From assembly GCA_963812335.1 (NCBI GenBank), contig CAWEUU010000007.1, forward strand, positions 19,682 to 83,681: DNA of 64,000 nucleotides. Reading direction: 5' to 3'. Shown piece after piece: positions 19,810 to 27,372 of the stretch. Position 1 is the first letter of the stretch. The number at the start of each line of letters is the position of its first letter. A model generated the notes under the pieces. The model searched no databases and was not told the origin of the DNA. It saw only the letters and a list, made by a program, of their open reading frames with translations. Source of the DNA: an uncultured Solirubrobacterales bacterium. Lineage in GTDB: Bacteria > Actinomycetota > Thermoleophilia > Solirubrobacterales > 70-9. Made by a program: the position numbers and the translations under genes.

Positions 19810-20117
19810 GCAGCATCCCCCCGTCGTGCCTGGCACCACCCCGCACAGCCGCACCACATCAGGCACGACGGGGCGGTCTTGCGGGGCGATGCGGGGGCAT
19901 CTGTGATGCAGGTGTGATGCACCGCGGTCCCGCCGAGTGATGCACCCCCGACCGCGCTGCCGGACGATCGAGGCTGCCGGGCGGCTGGACCCGCGCGCAG
20001 CGGTGGCGCTCAAGTTGGCCGAGGCGTTCGGTATGGAGGTGCCCGCAGGGAAGCCAGCCGTCGAGCCGCTGGTCGCTCGCGCCGCCTAGTCTTGAGCGCG
20101 ATGGGGCGCAGCCGCAC

Positions 20118-20654
20118 ATGACGAGCCAGCGAAATGGATCGGAGATCATCGGCAGGGAGCGCCAATGGGATGCCGCGATCACGAAGCAGCTCCCCGATCT
20201 TCTGACCCGGCTTCTGGACTCGCCGATCTATGGACTTGGCGAGGGGCGCGAGCTACCGCCAGCGGCCTACGGCGTGTACCTGTTCTCGGAGCGGGGGAAG
20301 CCCCGCTACGTCGGCCGGGTGGGGCTGACGGAGCGCTCCAAGCGCGCGGGCAAGAAGTTCTCGAACTTCCGCACGCGCCTTCGAGGTCACGTCCGACCTC
20401 GCCACAACGAGGGCACCTACGCCTACGCGCGGACCGTGCGGAGCTTCCACCGGAAAAGGAAGCCGCTCGCCGGAACCCGGAGGGAGAACTGCGCTGACCC
20501 GGAGTTCGTGGCGGAGTTCCGTCGCCAATGCGAACGGATCGCGCGCTGGGACTTCCAGGTAGTTGAGATCACCGACAACCGCCTCGCCGCAGTCTTTGAG
20601 ATTTACGCGGCGACGGTGCTTGGGCTGCGCCACCAGACGTTCGCGGTTAGCTGA
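20118..20654 (+). CDS. GIY-YIG-like nuclease-domain protein
   Basis: 178 aa. YGVYLFSERGKPRYVGRVG matches GIY-(10-11 aa)-YIG spacing, with later R, N and E (FEIY) candidates. Confidence 0.6.
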   Translation: MTSQRNGSEIIGRERQWDAAITKQLPDLLTRLLDSPIYGLGEGRELPPAAYGVYLFSERGKPRYVGRVGLTERSKRAGKKFSNFRTRLRGHVRPRHNEGTYAYARTVRSFHRKRKPLAGTRRENCADPEFVAEFRRQCERIARWDFQVVEITDNRLAAVFEIYAATVLGLRHQTFAVS

Positions 20655-20700
20655 AGGTGGCGGCGCCCCCAGCGAACCGAGCGGTGCCGCTGACTTTCTA

Positions 20701-21055
20701 ATGGCCTCGCCCGCGGACCCCGCTATAAACCCCTCCTACGTGGAGGCTGAGGGGCTTGCAGGGGAGGCCAAGGACGCAGAGGGGGCGCGAGTCGTCCTTC
20801 CGGCGCGCGTCTGGAATGGCAAGCTGCTGCGTGACCACCCCGAGCTCGAGGCCCACCAGGCCGACGTGCTGCGAGCCGTCAGCGAGCCCGATCACGTCGC
20901 CGTCGATCCGGTCTACGCGGATCGCCGCCGTAACTATCTGAAAAGAGGCCGGGCCGAGCCGCTGGCTGCTGGTGGTCGTAAGCTATGAGCAAGAACCGGC
21001 GCGGATCATCTCTGCGTTCGGCAACCGGAAGGACCCGCCGTCATGGAGCGAGTGA
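20701..21055 (+). pseudogene. small toxin-like protein, frameshifted (partner of the DUF2283-like gene)
   Basis: Frame 1 from the ATG at 20701 reads ...LLRDHPELEAHQADVLRAVSEPDHVAVDP...RRNYLKRGRAEP and stops at 20986-20988. A second frame, open from 20942, reads RWLLVVVSYEQEPARIISAFGNRKDPPSWSE* and ends at 21053-21055, overlapping the next ATG. Confidence 0.55.
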
Positions 21056-21330
21056 AGATCAGGATCGGGCCAGTTACCTTCGACCAGGCCGACTACGACG
21101 CCGAGCACGACGTGCTCTATCTGCACGTCGGCGAGCCTCAGGAGGGAGAGGGCGAGGAGACGCCCGAGGGGCACGTCATCCGGTACCTGCCAGGCACTCG
21201 CCGAATTGTCGGCCTGACCGTGCTCGGCCCGCGCCGCATCCTCGACCGCGACGGCAATCTGCGCATCACCATCCCGGAGTCGATCGAGGCGAGCGCCGAC
21301 GACCTGGCTCCGGCGCTTGCAGCGGTCTGA
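21043..21330 (+). CDS. DUF2283-like small protein (putative antitoxin)
   Basis: 95 aa. DYDAEHDVLYLHVGEP resembles the YDxExDxLYI signature of DUF2283, from memory. Confidence 0.7.
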   Translation: MERVKIRIGPVTFDQADYDAEHDVLYLHVGEPQEGEGEETPEGHVIRYLPGTRRIVGLTVLGPRRILDRDGNLRITIPESIEASADDLAPALAAV

Positions 21331-21384
21331 CGCTGGGCGACTCTACGCGTGCTTCGTGGCGAGGATGCCGCTTAGAAACACAGC

Positions 21385-21414
21385 GCCCCGCCGGGCTGGC
21401 TTGCCGGGCGGGGC
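21385..21414 (+). terminator. GC-rich hairpin downstream of the DUF2283-like gene
   Basis: GCCCCGCC (21385-21392) pairs with GGCGGGGC (21407-21414). There is no U-tract, so function is uncertain. Confidence 0.35.
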
Positions 21415-22591
21415 TTAAGGTGAACTGACTCCAAGTTCCCCCGACACTTCCGGGGGATCGATAGCCCTTCGAAGCGAGACAGCCCCCGACCCAGCTGGGT
21501 CGGGGGCTGTCCGCGCTGCGACTCAGGCTCCTGGCTTCACGCCAATGAAGTTCAGAAAGGGAGTCGCATGACCAAGGATGACGTGCTGTTCGGCTACCGC
21601 CAAGCCCTCTTCGCGGAGGCCGCGAGGACAAGCGTTGCTGCGGCCTGCCGGCGCTTCGGGGTGCACCGCTCTACCTACTACGGCTGGAAGAGGGCCGTCG
21701 AGCGCCATGGCCTCGAGGTGCTGCGCCCCAGGGAGCGCCGGCGCCCCAAGATGCCCAACCAGCTGCCGAAGATGGTCGAGGAGCGGATCCTCAGCTTCTC
21801 GATCGCCCACCCGGGGCTCGGTCCCAAGCGCATCGCCGGGGAGCTGCGTCGTTCCAAGTGGGGCGCGATCGTGGTCTCGCCCAACGGCGTCTGGAAGGTG
21901 CTCTGCCGCCACGGCCTCAACACCCGAGCCAAGCGCCTGGGGCTGGTGGCGGGCTACGCGGCGCCCTACGAGCCACCCCGGGATCCCGGCCCAGAGGGCC
22001 ATATCGATGTCTCCCGACCCGGCGAGCTGGTCGGGATCGACTGCTTTTACGTCGGGCGGCTGCGCGGCACAGAGGGCAAGGTCTGGCAGCTCACCGCGAT
22101 CGACGTCGCCTCCTCCTTCGGCTGGGCGGAGCTGGTGGTCGCCAAGAGGGCAACCCGGTCGGGCGGCAGACCTCAAAGCTCGCGCGGCGGGTCGCCGCTC
22201 ATCTGGAGACTGCGGGCTGGCGCCTGGAGCGCTTGCTCTCCGACAATGGCAACGAGTTCAAGGGCGAGTTCACCAAGACGGTGGAAGACCTGGGTGCCCG
22301 CCACACCCGGATCCACGCCGGGCGGCCGCAGACCAACGGCAACGTCGAGGCCCTGCACAAGACGATCCTCGACGAGTGCTGGCGGCCTGCCTTCGCCCGC
22401 TACTTGCAGCCTCGCCTGAGCGGCCTCAAACGGGAGCTCGACACCTACCTGCGCTTCTACAACTTCGACCGAGTTCACCATGGCCGCCTGACCGGCGGCC
22501 AGATCCCGGCGGACATCGTCTACGGTGCCCGCAAGATGGAGGTCAGATGAGCCTGGGGTGTCGGCACATCTTGGAGTCTGTCCAGCTTAAG
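21414..22591 (+). mobile_element. IS481-family insertion sequence, decayed, with CTTAAG flanks
   Basis: 34-nt imperfect terminal inverted repeats (21414-21447 versus the reverse complement of 22558-22591, 27/34 identical, shared GACTCCAAG and CCGACAC). The palindromic CTTAAG at both outer ends is a possible 6-bp target duplication. Confidence 0.75.
21568..22550 (+). pseudogene. IS481-type DDE transposase (integrase core), one frameshift
   Basis: Track ORFs 21568..22419 (HTH, ...IDCFYVGRLRGTEGKVWQLTAIDVASSFGWAELV) and 21858..22550 (...LLSDNGNEFKG...GRPQTNGNVEALHKTILDECW...) join if one G is added near 22148-22152. Confidence 0.8.
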
Positions 22592-22863
22592 GTCCGGACC
22601 AAACTGTGCCTATGCCTTGCGGATCGCAATCCTTCTAGCTCGCCACTTGGCGACGAAGGCTTCTCCGAGGGGTTGGGGCATAGTCCAACTTGTCCTCTAC
22701 GGCGGGGTGTCCTTGTTGGCATCGCGCCAGGGACGGCACCCGCAACCAGCACTCTCTCAAACGCTCCGGCGGCAAAAGTCACCGTGGCGACCACGGCCGC
22801 GACGGAGATCCCCAGCGTTGTGCCTTTGACCCAGCTCACGCCGAAGACAGCAGCGGTGGACTC

Positions 22864-23172
22864 TCACGAGCTGAGGAGCCGCCAGAGACGAATCAAACGG
22901 TTGCGTGGCCGCCAGCCCTTCTCAAGCGGGTCCGCCGCGTCAACTCTCGGATTCGGTTCCCAATAGCGCAGGTCAATGAGCCACGCGCTGTCCCAGCCGT
23001 CCGTGAATGGATCGAGCGCCGCAGTTCGTACCTCGATGTCCATAGCTGCGAGTTGCGCTTCGTACGCTCGGGCATATCGTGGCCACACCTCCTCACCCCA
23101 GCGCCTCCTTCTCCACTCACGAAACCGCGACTCAAAGGCCGATCCAGTTCCAGACTCCCAGTCGAGCCGCAT
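22864..23172 (-). CDS. hypothetical small protein (weak call)
   Basis: 102 codons from the ATG at 23172 inside track ORF 22864..23739. W/R-rich, with no recognisable motif. Confidence 0.3.
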   Translation of the reverse strand: MRLDWESGTGSAFESRFREWRRRRWGEEVWPRYARAYEAQLAAMDIEVRTAALDPFTDGWDSAWLIDLRYWEPNPRVDAADPLEKGWRPRNRLIRLWRLLSS

Positions 23173-23534
23173 GACCGGAGTCAGCGGCCTGTGATGACGC
23201 AGGGGACCGCCCGGGCGGCGGCGCGCCAGGTTCGCGTCCTCTACAGCGTCCTCTTGTGCCAAGAGCACGGCCTCTGACGCGTCGGGTTTTCCGCTCGCCG
23301 TTTCCTGTGCTCCGTGCTTCTCGCCGCGCTCCGCCAATTGTCGCCGGTTGTTCCTCGGTGGAATCCTAGACTGGCCTTCGGAAGCTCTCGCTCGCGCGAA
23401 CCTGAATCTGAGGTAGACAAGCACCACAGAGGCGACACTGGTTTCTCCCGAGGGTCGAGAACGCTCGGAGAGCTGAGCGCCACATGTAAGGTCGGCGAAG
23501 AGGGCTGGGCGACGGGATCGAGTCGGGAGCATCC

Positions 23535-25871
23535 ATGGCGGGGTCAGACACTTTTCGGGGCATCTCCTTCCAGGCCGCGTATGCAGTCGGACTTGCGCTT
23601 GACGTCCTCGAAGGCAAAGGCGAGACGTTGGTGCTCGAGGGCACCGCTGATGTCGTCGACGCAGCGATCCTGGGAGCCGGCCGTGAGCCGTCGCTGACGG
23701 TCCAGGCGAAGACGAAGATGGAGCCCTACTCGTGGGCACCTGCCGAGCTATCGAAGGTCCTGAATGGCTGGCTGGGGACGAGCCCGTCTCGGACCTCCCG
23801 GCTTGAGTTCGTCACCGATGGTTCATTGGGGCCGGAAGTTGTCGATGATCTGCGTCCCGCACTCCGGCGACTGGCCGAAGGTACCCTCGGACCGAAGGAT
23901 CGTGAGTACCTGAAGAAGAAGGGTCTCGATCCGACCGAGAAGGCCCTCGGCCGAGCTGCGATTAAGAGTCGCCTGCCAGGGGGCAGGGAACTATTGGAGG
24001 AAGCGACGCTCCGCTTCCTCGCCTTGCATGAGCGTGTCGGCCAGATGCAGGTCGAGGAGGCTCGCGACGTGATCTTCCGCCTGTTCAGTGAGACGGTGCT
24101 CGGCTCGGGCGAGCTGGAGCCGAGCAGTCGCGAGCTGAGCCGCCTGCAGATCGCCGAGCTGGTCGGCCTACCGCTCGAGACCATCGATACGGCCGCCCCG
24201 TGGTCGGAGGAGGTCGAGGCGCGCTACAAGGACGCGCTCAAAGAGATGCCGCTCGGCCCGGCCTGGACGCTGCTGGACATGTTGGAGGCCGAGCGCCCAC
24301 CGGCCCTGGCGTTCGTGAAGGCCGGTACCGGCGACGGCCAGGACACACCTATACCGGCCCTCAAATTGTTCGACCTCGGACAACACCTGTCCTTGATCGG
24401 AGCAGCCGGCTCAGGCAAGACGACGACGTTCGCGCAGATCGGCGCCCTGGCAATCGAACACGGAGCGCTTCCGGTCTCGCTTCGCCTCCCGAGCTATGAC
24501 GGCCGCTTCGAGCCAGCACTCACCCGAGCGCTGGAAAGAGTTCTCGGAGCCCCGATAGCTCCGGGGGTCGCATCGATCCTTATGGGCCGCGAGGACGTCG
24601 TGATCCTCCTTGACGACGTCACCGAGCTCGTGCCCGATCAGCGACGAGCACTACTCGAAGACGTTCGAAGGCTCACGACGAGCGGAGCAAAGGCGAGATT
24701 CATCCTCGCCGGTCGCGACGCCGCTGGGCTCACCTCGATGACGACCGCCATCTACTCGCTTGTCGGGCTGGTCCCCGAGAGTCGTCGTGAGATTGCCGCT
24801 TCGCTCATCGAGGATCCCGAAAATGCCGTACTCGACATCGAAGAGCAGCTGGGAGATCTGGCCGACAATCCTCTGCTCTTCACGATGGCGCTCGCATTGC
24901 GGACGCGAGGCATCGGCGCCTCCAACCGCGCCCAACTCTTCGATGGCTTCCTCACTGGGCTTGAGCATCGTGAGGAGGGCGAGCGATTGGGCTTCGCCGA
25001 GCGGGCCTGCCTCGAGGTCGCGTGCTACGAGCTCGTCACCGAAGGTCGCTACAGCGCGGAGGAGTGGTGGTGGATCGAGCGATTCTCGGCTGCAAGACAA
25101 GAGCTGATCGAAGAAGGAACTATCGCCGGGGACACGGCAGCGGCCGAGGGGCTGATTCAGGGAGTGAAGCGCCTGGGGCTACTTCAGGTGATCGCCGGGA
25201 GCGCGGAGATCGGGCTTCTCCACGACCTCTTCTGCGACTGGTTGGCATCCGGGGCGATTTCCAGAGGTCAGCGCAGCCTTCACGACCCTGTCCCGCGCAA
25301 TCATGAGGAGGCCGCCGCGTTCCTCGTCGAGCGCGGACCGCTGAGCGATGCCCAGACCCTCGCCGTGGCGGGCAGCATCGTCGCGGCTGCACGGGTGGCC
25401 GACGCATCCGAAGCCGGGGCGATCGATCCGCTAATGGCCGATCAGGCCTGGCAGTGCCTGAGGGAGCAGTTCGGGGCGAAGCTTGCAGGCCGCCTCGACT
25501 CGCTTCATCTCCATTGCGCACTCGCGTCACCGACGCTGGCCTATCTGGGCGTGAGCGAGCCGACGGGCGCAGTCGAGCCGTTGCCCGACTCCCCCCTCTC
25601 CTGCGTTCCTCGCAGTCCCGCCTCCTCGCTCTCGGTCGCCGTCGACCTTTGGTTTTCGGCCGTCCGCCTGGTAGTTGAACCGGCGGGTTTGGGAGGTGTC
25701 GCCTCCGGTCCCCGAGGACGCGACGGAGCTCGCCGCGGAGATGGAGAGGGTCGCCGATCAGCGCGAGGCCGCGTTCGTCGCGCTGATGGAGGAGCTAGCT
25801 CCTTCGCTGATCGAGCGGGCAAGAGAAGAGGTCCCGGGGGGCTCGATCCTCGGCTGGGTCCTCCCCAGTGA
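23535..25871 (+). CDS. STAND/NACHT-like P-loop NTPase with N-terminal PD-(D/E)xK (Cap4/DUF4297-like) nuclease domain
   Basis: GGGAG lies 5 nt upstream of the ATG. N-terminus GISFQAAYAV...LEGTADVVDA...VQAKT has a G-x-FQ / E..D / QxK layout. Walker A GAAGSGKTT at 24399; Walker B VVILLDDV at 24597; NPLLFTMAL after the NTPase core. The last ~65 codons look out of frame. Confidence 0.75.
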   Translation: MAGSDTFRGISFQAAYAVGLALDVLEGKGETLVLEGTADVVDAAILGAGREPSLTVQAKTKMEPYSWAPAELSKVLNGWLGTSPSRTSRLEFVTDGSLGPEVVDDLRPALRRLAEGTLGPKDREYLKKKGLDPTEKALGRAAIKSRLPGGRELLEEATLRFLALHERVGQMQVEEARDVIFRLFSETVLGSGELEPSSRELSRLQIAELVGLPLETIDTAAPWSEEVEARYKDALKEMPLGPAWTLLDMLEAERPPALAFVKAGTGDGQDTPIPALKLFDLGQHLSLIGAAGSGKTTTFAQIGALAIEHGALPVSLRLPSYDGRFEPALTRALERVLGAPIAPGVASILMGREDVVILLDDVTELVPDQRRALLEDVRRLTTSGAKARFILAGRDAAGLTSMTTAIYSLVGLVPESRREIAASLIEDPENAVLDIEEQLGDLADNPLLFTMALALRTRGIGASNRAQLFDGFLTGLEHREEGERLGFAERACLEVACYELVTEGRYSAEEWWWIERFSAARQELIEEGTIAGDTAAAEGLIQGVKRLGLLQVIAGSAEIGLLHDLFCDWLASGAISRGQRSLHDPVPRNHEEAAAFLVERGPLSDAQTLAVAGSIVAAARVADASEAGAIDPLMADQAWQCLREQFGAKLAGRLDSLHLHCALASPTLAYLGVSEPTGAVEPLPDSPLSCVPRSPASSLSVAVDLWFSAVRLVVEPAGLGGVASGPRGRDGARRGDGEGRRSARGRVRRADGGASSFADRAGKRRGPGGLDPRLGPPQ

Positions 25872-26106
25872 GGAGTACCCCGGTGTGCCGGGAACCGGAG
25901 AGACGATCCGCGACAACAAGGTCCTCTATCGAAACACGACTGGAATCACCCACATCGAGGCGGTCGGGAGTGAGGACGAGGTTCCCGACCTCGACGAGGC
26001 CGGCTGGATGACCGCATCCGCTTTTGTGCGCGAGCGTCCATCAGCCTATGCGAAGAAGCGAGTCCGCACGGCGTTCTCCCACCTAATGAGGAGATTCGAT
26101 GGCTAG
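25675..26106 (+). CDS. hypothetical protein, or the displaced C-terminus of the STAND protein
   Basis: This frame reads protein-like from ~25690 (SPPVPEDATELAAEMERVADQREAAFVALMEEL...) while the upstream frame degenerates to R/G-rich sequence. Internal start candidates are the GTG at 25696 and the ATG at 25741. Confidence 0.5.
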   Translation: MNRRVWEVSPPVPEDATELAAEMERVADQREAAFVALMEELAPSLIERAREEVPGGSILGWVLPSEEYPGVPGTGETIRDNKVLYRNTTGITHIEAVGSEDEVPDLDEAGWMTASAFVRERPSAYAKKRVRTAFSHLMRRFDG

Positions 26107-27142
26107 GTCGATCTGGACGGTGGCCTCCGAGCTGGCCGAAGGGCTGCGCGAGACGCCGCAGATGCATAACTTCAGGCGGGCCTTCGATGATCAGGATCTG
26201 CGTGTCCGACTGAGCCATCTGACCGCCATCTACAGCGCCCTGCGCGAGCACGAGATCCTGCTCGGCACCCGACTCAATCGGATGGGCTCCGTAGTCGAAC
26301 CCTGGGTCGAATCGGAGGAAGACCGTGAGTGGCTCGAAAGTGCGATCGAGTCGGGCGATGGGTTTCAGGTCGCGATCGAGTATCTCCGCTCATACCTGCC
26401 GAGATATCCCCACCTGCGGGTCCCACACCTCCGGCGGGGGTCGCCGCTCGACTTTGCCGACGGTCCGCTATTGATCGACTACTTCCCCTGGCAACGCGAG
26501 ATCCGTGCCTTGCAGTTCGAACCCGACAAGCCGCCGCAGCTATCGCGACTTGGCGGCGAGAACTTCACGGAGCTTCTGCGCGAGCTCGCAGGAGGACTCA
26601 AGGAAAGAGACAGCTGGCGTCGCTTCGCAGCGGCGCGGAATGAGATGAGCGAGCAAGACTGGGCCGCTCTCAACCAGATCTCAAGCGACTTTTCTCAGCG
26701 AGTCAAGCAGGAGGTGGTGGACGCCGAAGCCGGTCATTACCTCACGGAGCGCTTCGCCTACCGGATGGCCGAGCTCAATCGAGCCGTCGAATCCGCCGAA
26801 GGGCAGCCGCGTGAGTACCTGGCCAGCTTCGAGGCAATCCATGAGTTGATCACGGTCGTCGCCGGCTTCATGGAAACGCTGATCATCAAGGGCCACCTCC
26901 CGCTGATCACGCCCTACCGGATGGACATCGGGCCCGGCCGGGACCTGCGACGGGCCGAGCTTGCGACGTTTGGCGACGATCCGTTCGACAGTGGCGGTGG
27001 GGTCCTCTTCGTGGAAGGTCCCGACGAGGGCTCACACGGCCTTCTATACGCGACGGGTCATACTCACCGCTGGCCGAGGCTCAATCAGCCCGAGCGTTCG
27101 ACGATGGTGGTCGAGGGTTGGTTTGTCCGCGAGCAGATCTGA
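26099..27142 (+). CDS. hypothetical protein (347 aa), third gene of the island operon
   Basis: GAGGAG lies 5 nt upstream. The ATG overlaps the upstream stop (ATGGCTAG). Balanced, mostly helical-looking composition with no motif I can name. Confidence 0.65.
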   Translation: MARSIWTVASELAEGLRETPQMHNFRRAFDDQDLRVRLSHLTAIYSALREHEILLGTRLNRMGSVVEPWVESEEDREWLESAIESGDGFQVAIEYLRSYLPRYPHLRVPHLRRGSPLDFADGPLLIDYFPWQREIRALQFEPDKPPQLSRLGGENFTELLRELAGGLKERDSWRRFAAARNEMSEQDWAALNQISSDFSQRVKQEVVDAEAGHYLTERFAYRMAELNRAVESAEGQPREYLASFEAIHELITVVAGFMETLIIKGHLPLITPYRMDIGPGRDLRRAELATFGDDPFDSGGGVLFVEGPDEGSHGLLYATGHTHRWPRLNQPERSTMVVEGWFVREQI

Positions 27143-27372
27143 CGCGGGCGGCGACAAACGTCGGCAGGTAACGAGCTCCTTTACTGGTCCGACCGCACGG
27201 CCGCGAATCAGGTCCGCGATCTGCTTCTCGTAGCGCTTCCAGGCTGGATCGGCCATCTCGGCATTCTCGCCAGTCGCAGTGCGCAGGGCTATGCGCGGAT
27301 AACGTCGACCTGTTGTCGTAGGACTTATGAGGGAGCTCTACTCGATGAGTAGCGCGGTTACAGTCGTGCTCG

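Noticed and set aside
27044-27256. 70-aa minus-strand ORF (MADPAWKRYEKQIADLIRGRAVG...) that could be a restriction-endonuclease or Mrr-like N-terminal remnant.
   Set aside because: Only ~38 codons lie outside the 347-aa gene. The similarity is impressionistic, and there is no SD or downstream domain.
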